Assembly: GCA_963806225.1 (NCBI GenBank)
Contig: CAWDXG010000004.1
Coordinates: forward strand, 1,888,001 to 1,952,000
Source: an uncultured delta proteobacterium
GTDB taxonomy: Bacteria > Myxococcota_A > Polyangia > Polyangiales > Polyangiaceae
DNA length: 64,000 bases
Direction: 5' to 3'
Shown in pieces: positions 49,280 to 57,096 of the stretch. The notes under the pieces were generated by a model. That model searched no databases. It was not told the origin of the DNA and was given only the letters and a program-made list of their open reading frames with translations. Positions within the stretch are counted from its first letter, which is position 1; each line of letters opens with the position of its first letter. Both the position numbers and the translations under genes were made by a program.

Positions 49280-49858
49280 TCACTTGGCCTCCAGCTGCCA
49301 CTGACGGCCGAGCAGATCCGCGCGCTTCGCGACGGCGTCGTCTCCCCACAGGCCGCGACGCTCCGCGCGCGCTGTTTCCTGCGCCTGCAGATACAGCGAC
49401 ATGGAAGGGAACGGGTAGACCGTGAAGACCATGACGAGACCGCGGCGCACCAGCTCGAGGCCGACGTTCCGGCCCCCGACGAACAGCTCTGCGAGGGTGC
49501 GGCCGTGCTTGTCCTGCGGAGGATTGTTCAGGAGCACGCGCACCGGCTTGTCCTGCATGAGCTGCTTCATCGCCTGCTCCGCCTCGGCGCCGAAACGCGA
49601 CGAGACATCGCGAGCGGGGTGATCCTCGAACGACTTGATACCGAGGATGCGGACGGCGACGCTCTGCTTGTCGGCGTTGTCGACCAGAACCGTGTCGCCG
49701 TCGACCACCTTCGAGAGCTGGACGATGTCGCCGGTGGTCAGGGTGGCTTCGCTGCGCTGCACGGCGCGGCGGCGCGACTCGGCGCTCACGCCAAAGAACA
49801 GCGACGCACCCAACAGGCACGTGAGAAGCAACCAGAAAACACGAGTCCCCGGGTCCAC
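49280..49858 (-). CDS. Thermonuclease (SNase-like) family protein, exported or membrane-anchored
   Basis: VVDGDT, VRILGI, DKHGRTLA, LVRRGL, ARAERRGLWG. Confidence 0.85.
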   Translation of the reverse strand: MDPGTRVFWLLLTCLLGASLFFGVSAESRRRAVQRSEATLTTGDIVQLSKVVDGDTVLVDNADKQSVAVRILGIKSFEDHPARDVSSRFGAEAEQAMKQLMQDKPVRVLLNNPPQDKHGRTLAELFVGGRNVGLELVRRGLVMVFTVYPFPSMSLYLQAQETARAERRGLWGDDAVAKRADLLGRQWQLEAK

Positions 49859-49960
49859 GGCCGGCGACCCTAACAGGGACGACGGCCTGGAAACACATGA
49901 GCGGAGCCGCCGATGCCGCGCCGCGGCGTGCGCGAGCTGAAATTCGTGATTAATTTACAT

Positions 49961-50194
49961 ATGATGCGACAGGTTCTGCTCATGACTTCCGCCCTGCTGC
50001 TGGCCCTCGGGCTGGCCGCGTGCGGAGGAGCGGCAACGTCGCTGCCCGCCCAGCCTCCGCCGCGGCAGTCCCAGCCGCGAACGGAGGTGACGGCGCCCCA
50101 ACGGGAGCCGGCGCCCCAGCTCATCGCGCCGCCTCCCGCGTACGGCAACAAGATCGTGATGGCGCAGGGCCCAGCCCCGCGCTCCACCAACTGA
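49961..50194 (+). CDS. Small Pro-rich lipoprotein
   Basis: Hydrophobic signal with lipobox LAAC; 77 aa. Confidence 0.6.
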   Translation: MMRQVLLMTSALLLALGLAACGGAATSLPAQPPPRQSQPRTEVTAPQREPAPQLIAPPPAYGNKIVMAQGPAPRSTN

Positions 50195-50402
50195 CGGGTA
50201 GCGATTTCCCGACTCCCTTTCCCCGGGCCTCCCGGCGGCCCTCGACACAGTCCTGCACGGTCGAGGAGACGGGAAAGCTTTGTGCCGCAGCGCGTCGAGC
50301 AAGGCGCAGGGTAGGCAACCTGCCCAGCCTTGCTGGGCCCGGACCGGTGGCGTACCGTGAATCGCTGCGCACCTCGCCCGGAAGCACCGAGGAGATGCCC
50401 CC

Positions 50403-51530
50403 ATGCGACTGCCTTTCCTGAAGCCCGCCTCCTTGCTGTTCGTGTGCTCGCTGTTCGCGGTGTCCGCCTGCGGCGGTGGCAACAGCAACAGCTCCAGCAA
50501 TGGTGGCTCGGGCGGCAGCGGTGGATCGGGCGGCAAGGGTGGCTCGGGCGGCACACAGATCCAGTGCCAGGAACCATCCCAGCTCGACGTGAGTGGAACC
50601 TGGGCGGCGAAGGTGCGGATGACGGTCAACCTGCAGGGAAAGTCGGGCGCCACGATCACGCTCTGCCCATCGAACCAGACCGCAGAAGCGACGCTCTACA
50701 TGTATCTGGACATGCAGCAGAACGCCTCCGACCCGACCACGATCGACAGCATCACGCCGCACGTCTGCTCCGTCACGCTGCCGGTGGTCTCGGGCCTGGT
50801 GGGCAGCTGCAATCTGCCGGCCGACCAGGACAAGCTGGTCAGCACCCAGCTGCAGATCCTGCCGCCGCTCCAGCAGGCGTTTCCCACCATCCAGCTCGCC
50901 CCCGTGACCGGAACGCTGGGCGGCGCCGCACCCGGAGCCAGCCTGACCGCACAGAAGCTCCTGTTCGTCGCGGGCAGTACCGAGCAGGGCGCGAACATGC
51001 CCGGCTGGAACACCACGGACCAGGCCTGCAACGTCCAGGCTGCGGGCCGGACCTCGCAATGCGACACCAACTGCGTCAGTGACTGCACCAAGCTGCGCGA
51101 CGACGACAACGACAACTACCCGGGCATCACGCTGGGTGTCTGCGGTCAGACTCAAGCGGACCAGCAGAGCAACGTGCCATGCCATACCGACGACCCGTCG
51201 ATCGCCGGAACCACGATCGAGGGCCGGGCCTGGCTCGACCTGCAGATCGACCCGACCCTCACGGGCACGGTGAAGAGCTCCTGCGAGGTGACGGGCCACG
51301 TCGACGCCTCCATCCTCTACAACGTGGTCGGGGGCGACGTGTGGCTGTCCAGCACGCCGTTGAACGTGACCGCTGCGATCACGAGCCTGCCTGACTTTTC
51401 CGTGGATCCCTCGAAGAGCGTCTATCGACTACTGCGGATCGACGGCCAGCACGGCGCACCGGACTGGAAGCTCGGCTCCGACCCGGTCCAGGCCTGCCAG
51501 GCGGTGCTGAAGAACAAGAACCTGCTCTAG
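50403..51530 (+). CDS. Cys-rich lipoprotein of unknown function
   Basis: SD GAGGAG; lipobox VSAC; Gly/Ser linker; DDDNDNYPG Ca-binding-like motif. Confidence 0.75.
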   Translation: MRLPFLKPASLLFVCSLFAVSACGGGNSNSSSNGGSGGSGGSGGKGGSGGTQIQCQEPSQLDVSGTWAAKVRMTVNLQGKSGATITLCPSNQTAEATLYMYLDMQQNASDPTTIDSITPHVCSVTLPVVSGLVGSCNLPADQDKLVSTQLQILPPLQQAFPTIQLAPVTGTLGGAAPGASLTAQKLLFVAGSTEQGANMPGWNTTDQACNVQAAGRTSQCDTNCVSDCTKLRDDDNDNYPGITLGVCGQTQADQQSNVPCHTDDPSIAGTTIEGRAWLDLQIDPTLTGTVKSSCEVTGHVDASILYNVVGGDVWLSSTPLNVTAAITSLPDFSVDPSKSVYRLLRIDGQHGAPDWKLGSDPVQACQAVLKNKNLL

Positions 51531-51627
51531 CCCCATGATCCGGCCGCTGGGCCGTCGCACCTTCCGACCCAAGACCCCCTTCCCGACAACGAGCGCCCGC
51601 GCGCAGCGCTGATATACTGAGAACGAC

Positions 51628-53460
51628 TTGACCAACCCCTCACCCGCCCACTTCACCGAACACGGTGAAGTGCGCCCCGGGATGCACCTGGGCCGCTACG
51701 AGATCCTGCTGGGCATCGCCCAGGGCGGCATGGCGCGCGTGTGGGCTGCCAAGCAGCACGGTCAGCGCGGTTTCAGCAAGACCGTCGCCATCAAGACCAT
51801 CCTGCCTGCGCTGGCGAGCGACCCCGAGTTCGAGACCATGTTCCTCGACGAGGCGCGCGTCGCCTCCGGCGTGCACCACCCCAACGTGTGCGAGATCTTC
51901 GATCTCGGCGAGGAGAACGGCGTCCTGTACCTGGCGATGGACTGGGTCAACGGCGACAGCCTGGCCCGCATCCTCAAGCCCGGGTCCACCACCCCCGGGG
52001 GCCCGAAGACGGCGATCAGGATCAACGCGCGGATTGCGGCGCGGATCGTTTCCGACGCCAGTGCCGGCCTGCACGCCGCCCACGAGCTGTGCGACGTGGA
52101 CGGCAATCGGCTCAACGTCGTGCATCGGGACGTGTCGCCGCAGAACATCCTGGTGTCGCTCGACGGCAACGTGAAGGTCACCGACTTCGGCGTGGCCAAA
52201 GCGCTAGGCAGCGCTCATGAAGCCACCATGGCCGGCCAGATCAAGGGCAAGGCCGCGTACATGGCACCCGAGCAGGCTTCGGGCGGACGTATCGATCGGC
52301 GCAGCGACATCTTCGCGCTCGGTATCGTGCTGTACGAGATCACGACCGGCCAGCGGCCGTTCACCGGAGACAACCAGGTCGCGACCCTCAAGGCCCTGAT
52401 GGAGGGCCGTTTCGATCCTCCGAGCGCGCTGGTGCCGGGCTACCCGCGCGAGCTGGAAACCATCGCGCTGCGCGCGCTCGCCATGGATCCGATGCAGCGC
52501 TTCCCGACCGCGGACCGCATGCGAGTCGCACTGGAAGAGTGGCTCGCTCGTTCCGGGCCCGTCGTCACACAGACGCAGGTCGCGGGCGTCGTTCGCGAAC
52601 GGCTCGGGCACGTGATCGAGGAACGACGGGGCCGGATCCGGCAGATGCTGCAGGCGAGCAACCCCGGGCGCGCGTCGACCGGAAGCTCCTCGATGCCGGG
52701 AGAAACCTCCAGCTCGAAGATCTCGCATCCGAGCCAGACCAGCAACCCCAGCCAGACCAGCAACCCCAGCCAGACCAGCAATCCCAGCAGCAGCGCGGTC
52801 AGCCACGTCGCTTCGGCGCCCGGGCTGAGCGGCGTGGCAACGGGCACGCCACCGCCCACGACTGCCCGGCGAGGCACAGCCAGCACTGCGCTACTGGGCG
52901 TCAGCATCGGCCTGGGGGCGTTCGTCGTGATCGCCGGGTTGGGATTCGGCGGCTGGGCCCTGCTCAGGCAGCACCGCACCGCGGCCGCAGCGCCCCACTC
53001 CGCCGCCGTGCCGGTGGCCGCGCCTTCGCAGGCTCCTGCCCCCACCTCATTGGCCACGGATTCAACGGCTGCCGCTGGCCCCGCGGGAGCGGCAGCCGTC
53101 ATCCAGCTCCACAACGTCATCCCCAAGTCGGGAGTGTCGTTCGCGCTGGATGGCAAGCCGCTCACGGGACGGCAAAAGCAGATCCCGAGGCCGCCTCACG
53201 GCAAGGTCGCCTTGCTCACGGTCAAGGCGGACGGCTACCACCAGGACGTGCTCCGCATCGACGACAACACGCCCGACGTGCTGGACATCCTGCTGGCCAA
53301 GGTCGAGCCCGGCACGGAGATCGCGCCGAAGCCCACGGCGGCGGCCACGCCGCACTCGAACTGGCACCCGCCGACCCCCGCCAAGCCGACCCCGATATCG
53401 AAACCGCCGGAGAAAAAGAAGCCGGCAATCAAGCCGGACATTCCGGATAACCCGTTCTAG
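51628..53460 (+). CDS. Transmembrane Ser/Thr protein kinase
   Basis: IAQGGMARV, VAIK, HRDVSPQN, DFG, KGKAAYMAPEQ; TM helix; Pro-rich tail ending PDNPF. Confidence 0.92.
   Translation: MTNPSPAHFTEHGEVRPGMHLGRYEILLGIAQGGMARVWAAKQHGQRGFSKTVAIKTILPALASDPEFETMFLDEARVASGVHHPNVCEIFDLGEENGVLYLAMDWVNGDSLARILKPGSTTPGGPKTAIRINARIAARIVSDASAGLHAAHELCDVDGNRLNVVHRDVSPQNILVSLDGNVKVTDFGVAKALGSAHEATMAGQIKGKAAYMAPEQASGGRIDRRSDIFALGIVLYEITTGQRPFTGDNQVATLKALMEGRFDPPSALVPGYPRELETIALRALAMDPMQRFPTADRMRVALEEWLARSGPVVTQTQVAGVVRERLGHVIEERRGRIRQMLQASNPGRASTGSSSMPGETSSSKISHPSQTSNPSQTSNPSQTSNPSSSAVSHVASAPGLSGVATGTPPPTTARRGTASTALLGVSIGLGAFVVIAGLGFGGWALLRQHRTAAAAPHSAAVPVAAPSQAPAPTSLATDSTAAAGPAGAAAVIQLHNVIPKSGVSFALDGKPLTGRQKQIPRPPHGKVALLTVKADGYHQDVLRIDDNTPDVLDILLAKVEPGTEIAPKPTAAATPHSNWHPPTPAKPTPISKPPEKKKPAIKPDIPDNPF
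52729..52782 (+). repeat. 18-bp tandem repeat x3 encoding PSQTSN
   Basis: CCSAGCCAGACCAGCAAY repeated three times in the juxtamembrane linker. Confidence 0.85.
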
Positions 53461-53543
53461 GCCCGGGGCCCTCCAGGTCGCCGGCGGGCGCGTCCCGGCG
53501 TTCGACGGTTCCCGTCTCGGATGGCATGGTCTAGATTCCAGGG

Positions 53544-54515
53544 ATGCTTCGTAGATTCCTCGCGCTGGGTGCGCTCGGTGTCGCCCTGTCCGGTGCGGGC
53601 GGGGCCCGGGCCGCGGGCAATTCGGACAAGATGGCCGAGGCCCGCCACCTGTACAGTGAGGCCAAGCAGGCCTTCAAGGACCACAAGTACAAGGACGCCG
53701 CGCTCGGCTTCGAGGCCGCCAGCAAGCTGCACCCGGCCGGAGTCGCCCTGTACACGGCGGCCCAGGCCTGGGAGCTTGCGGGCGACGCGACACGGGCCGC
53801 CGATGCCTACGCCCGCGCGCTCACGACGCCGAAGCTCAGCGACAGCCAGACCGAGCGCGCCAAGAGCCGCCTCGCCGCACTGGAACAGAAGCTCGGGACC
53901 GTCACGGTCAAGGGGCCCAGCACGACCACGGCAGAGCTCGAGGACCGCATCGAGCTGCCTCTGCCTGCGGTCCTTCACGGCAAGCCCGGCGATCATACGC
54001 TGACGCTCAAGACCCAGGACGGCATGACCGAGCAGCGCAAGCTCACGCTCACAGCGGGGCAGCACCAGAGTGTCGACGCGGAGGCGAAGGCGGAAACTCC
54101 TGCCGAGACAACGCCCACCGCTCCCTCGGAGACGCAGAAGAAACAGGTCGACCTCGCGCCGCCCGCGAAGCATCCCGTCGGCGAGGAGTCCGGCGGCTCG
54201 TCCACACTCGAGACCATCGGCTACATCGCGACCGGCGCCGGCGTGGCGGCAGTCGGCGGCGGCGTGCTGCTCGGGCTTTCCGCGAAAGACGCAGCCAGCA
54301 CCTACGACTCGACACCGTCGCAGGCGACCTACGACCACGCGATGGGCCTGCAGACGAAGACGAACATCATGCTGATCGCGGGCGGCGCCGTCACCGCGAT
54401 AGGGCTCGGGCTCGTCATCTGGCAATCGACCAAGGGGCACGAGCACCCCGAGAAGGCAGCCCGGATCGGAGTCACGGCGACTCCAAATGGCGTCTGGGCC
54501 GAAGGGAGCTTCTGA
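53544..54515 (+). CDS. Exported TPR + PEGA-like protein with C-terminal hydrophobic segments
   Basis: Signal peptide, TPR-like helices (ARHLYSEA...AALGFEAA...ALYTAAQAW), PGDHTL, C-terminal beta-strand ending EGSF. Confidence 0.7.
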   Translation: MLRRFLALGALGVALSGAGGARAAGNSDKMAEARHLYSEAKQAFKDHKYKDAALGFEAASKLHPAGVALYTAAQAWELAGDATRAADAYARALTTPKLSDSQTERAKSRLAALEQKLGTVTVKGPSTTTAELEDRIELPLPAVLHGKPGDHTLTLKTQDGMTEQRKLTLTAGQHQSVDAEAKAETPAETTPTAPSETQKKQVDLAPPAKHPVGEESGGSSTLETIGYIATGAGVAAVGGGVLLGLSAKDAASTYDSTPSQATYDHAMGLQTKTNIMLIAGGAVTAIGLGLVIWQSTKGHEHPEKAARIGVTATPNGVWAEGSF

Positions 54516-56014
54516 TGCGCATGCGGACGATCATCGGTTGGGGCGCCGCGCTGGGCATCGCGGCGGGCTTCGCCGCGTGCAGTCTGAACCTCGACAAGAG
54601 CAAGATAGCCGGACGCGACGGCGGAACGGATACTTCGTCGGGCGGCAGCGCAGCCGGCGGCTCCGGCGGAGGCGGCGGGTCCAGCGGAAACGCCGGCAGC
54701 GGCGGATCGCTGATGGAAGCGGGCAGCGAATGCGACGCCGCTTCGCAGTGCAAGAGCGATGCAGCGTGTATCCAGGGCAGCTGCAACAACGGCAACTGTG
54801 TCTACGACCTCTGCCCCGTCACCCAGGCCTGCACGGCGAGCTCCTGCGATACGAAGACACAGGCCTGTACCACGCCAGCAACCTACGGCTTCAATGCAGG
54901 CGTCATCCCGGTCAACCAGGATCTGGGTTGCGGGAACAGCGCGACCCGGTGCGTCGCGGCGATGGGAGATTTCGTGTTCGTCGGCACTGCGAGCGGGCTC
55001 AAGGCCTGGCAGGTCAACAACCCCAAGGCGCCGGTGAGCATCCCGGTAACCCAGCCGCCCTTCGCAACCAGCATCGCCCGCCTCGTCTCGAACAACAAAC
55101 GCGTGCTGATCCTGGGCCCCAAGACGGGCGGCACTACCTTCAACGTCGCCTGGATCGATCTTCCCACAGAGGCCGCGCCGACGCAGATCCAGACCCACAG
55201 CGTCGGGCTCCAGTTCGCCGACAGCTACAGCGTCGGCTACCCGGCCGATGGCGACAACTTCTTCCTGGTGAAAAACGACCCGGCCGCGTTCTACCCGAGC
55301 GCTCGTGTCGAGCCGCCGCTCAACGACAACGACAACGTCTCCCTGTCGCCCTGCAACGGGCTGCCCAGCGGCGCGGGCATCGTCGGGGCCAGCGGCAAGC
55401 GGTTGATCCAGTTCCACATCGACACGAGCGCCGGGCCCTACCAACCGGTCTTCGGTTTCCAGAACGACGGCGGCACGGCAACGTCCCAGTACGGCGGTGA
55501 CGTGAATCTGTCTGCGGACACCGGGGAGGTGTCACTCGCGAATCGCTTCGAGAGCACCTACAACGGCGGCCTGCTCTGGGCGACGAACGACATCCTGACT
55601 CTCGACGGCGGCACGAAGGTGTCCAAGTCGGTGCTGTTGAAGTGGCCGCTCCTGAACGGAAGCGACACCACGTTCAATGGCAAGCGCTCGGTAGCCATCG
55701 AAGAGTACCCGACCCAATTCAGCTACTTTTCCGCATACTCCGGACCGATGGCGGAGATCGACTCGACCACGGTCCTGGTCACGGCGGCGTATGCGAGCGA
55801 CCCATCTGGGCAAACCTCCGTACGCGCCGTCAAGCGCAGCGGCGACAAGCTGACCGTCTCGCCGGCGCCGCCTTCACCCGGCACCTTCATCGCCGTCCCC
55901 CACACCACCCTCGGTGTCGCGGCAGGACGCACCTTCGGCTACGTGCTCGTGCCGTCGTCGGGCAGCAGCCCGCCCGACACCAAGCTCTACGTCTTCGACC
56001 CGAACTGCAAGTAG
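54515..56014 (+). CDS. Cys-rich lipoprotein
   Basis: Lipobox FAAC, Gly-rich linker, Cys-rich module, beta-rich body; TGATG overlap with the TPR gene. Confidence 0.75.
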   Translation: MRMRTIIGWGAALGIAAGFAACSLNLDKSKIAGRDGGTDTSSGGSAAGGSGGGGGSSGNAGSGGSLMEAGSECDAASQCKSDAACIQGSCNNGNCVYDLCPVTQACTASSCDTKTQACTTPATYGFNAGVIPVNQDLGCGNSATRCVAAMGDFVFVGTASGLKAWQVNNPKAPVSIPVTQPPFATSIARLVSNNKRVLILGPKTGGTTFNVAWIDLPTEAAPTQIQTHSVGLQFADSYSVGYPADGDNFFLVKNDPAAFYPSARVEPPLNDNDNVSLSPCNGLPSGAGIVGASGKRLIQFHIDTSAGPYQPVFGFQNDGGTATSQYGGDVNLSADTGEVSLANRFESTYNGGLLWATNDILTLDGGTKVSKSVLLKWPLLNGSDTTFNGKRSVAIEEYPTQFSYFSAYSGPMAEIDSTTVLVTAAYASDPSGQTSVRAVKRSGDKLTVSPAPPSPGTFIAVPHTTLGVAAGRTFGYVLVPSSGSSPPDTKLYVFDPNCK

Positions 56015-56033
56015 GCGGCCCGCGCCGCCTACT
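56010..56033. terminator. Hairpin joining the stop codons of convergent genes
   Basis: AGTAGGCGGC-CCGC-GCCGCCTACT perfect 10-bp stem. Confidence 0.55.
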
Positions 56034-57096
56034 GCACGACGATCGTCACGCGCACCCAGCTCGAACCGCCGCGGTTGTCCTGCGCGACCGCCCAGATGTG
56101 CATCGGGCCCTTCTTCTTCGGAGCGCGGAAAGTGGTGCCGTAGTCGCTGTTCCAGCCCTTGGTCGCGTCGTTCAGGAGCCGGACCTGCGACTTGAGCTTT
56201 CCGCCGTCGGCGAAGTAGCGGATCCACATCTGCTCGCTCAGCCCGCTTACCGGATCGTCCTCCTGGTTCACCGTCTTGCTGTGCGGGATGATCGGCTTGA
56301 TGGCGTATTCGGGGCAGGTGCTGTCGCCGTCGCCCGGGCACGCGGGGATGCAGGGGATGGCCTTCTCCGTCGAGTCGCAGGCGATGGTCGGCTTGGGTGC
56401 CGGGCTCTGGCAGTTGAGCTGTTGACCGGGCGCGGGGCTCTGGGGATCCGGGTCGATGCAGGGGCCGCCCTGGTTGATGCGGTCGAGCTCCTGGCCGTTG
56501 AAGCTGACGCCCTGGATGACGGGATTCAGGTTGTCGTACCCGGCGTAGCTGTAGATGGCCGTGTAGCCGGCGACGAAGTCGTCGGGGCCGACCTGCTTGT
56601 TGTTCTTGTCGAAACAGGCGGCCGGGAATTGCTGACCGGCAGGAGCAGGACCCAGCGTCCCCTTGCACGCGGCAAAGAACACGTACGAGAGGCCGTAGGG
56701 CTCCTGCGCGGGGTCCTTGGACGGCGTGTGGCTCGTGATGATGTTGTCGGGGATCCTGAAGCAGAAATCGTTGCCGCCCCAGCTCTTGGACTCAACGTCG
56801 CAATCGGCGGTCAGCACCGGGGCAGTCGAGAGCTGCTTGAAGCAATTGTAGTAGAGGTCTCCTTCCGGATTGTTGCAGCCGGCAAACCACGTGATGTCGG
56901 CCGGGCTCACGCTGCCCCGCGGATCGTCCCACAGCATCGTCAGATGCTCGATGGCGCCCCGCTTGCCGTAGGGCTCGCTCTTCTGCACGGCGAAGATGCG
57001 CAGCGACTGCACCTTGCTCGCCGGATCGAACTGCGGCCCGCAGCCTCCGGCGAGGAGCGCCGCGGCGAGAACAGCGGGAAGAGTCCGGGTGCGCAT
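56029..57096 (-). CDS. Cys-rich lipoprotein co-transcribed with TonB-dependent receptor
   Basis: Lipobox AGGC; LRIFAV, WAVAQDNRGGSSW; start overlaps receptor stop. Confidence 0.75.
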   Translation of the reverse strand: MRTRTLPAVLAAALLAGGCGPQFDPASKVQSLRIFAVQKSEPYGKRGAIEHLTMLWDDPRGSVSPADITWFAGCNNPEGDLYYNCFKQLSTAPVLTADCDVESKSWGGNDFCFRIPDNIITSHTPSKDPAQEPYGLSYVFFAACKGTLGPAPAGQQFPAACFDKNNKQVGPDDFVAGYTAIYSYAGYDNLNPVIQGVSFNGQELDRINQGGPCIDPDPQSPAPGQQLNCQSPAPKPTIACDSTEKAIPCIPACPGDGDSTCPEYAIKPIIPHSKTVNQEDDPVSGLSEQMWIRYFADGGKLKSQVRLLNDATKGWNSDYGTTFRAPKKKGPMHIWAVAQDNRGGSSWVRVTIVVQ

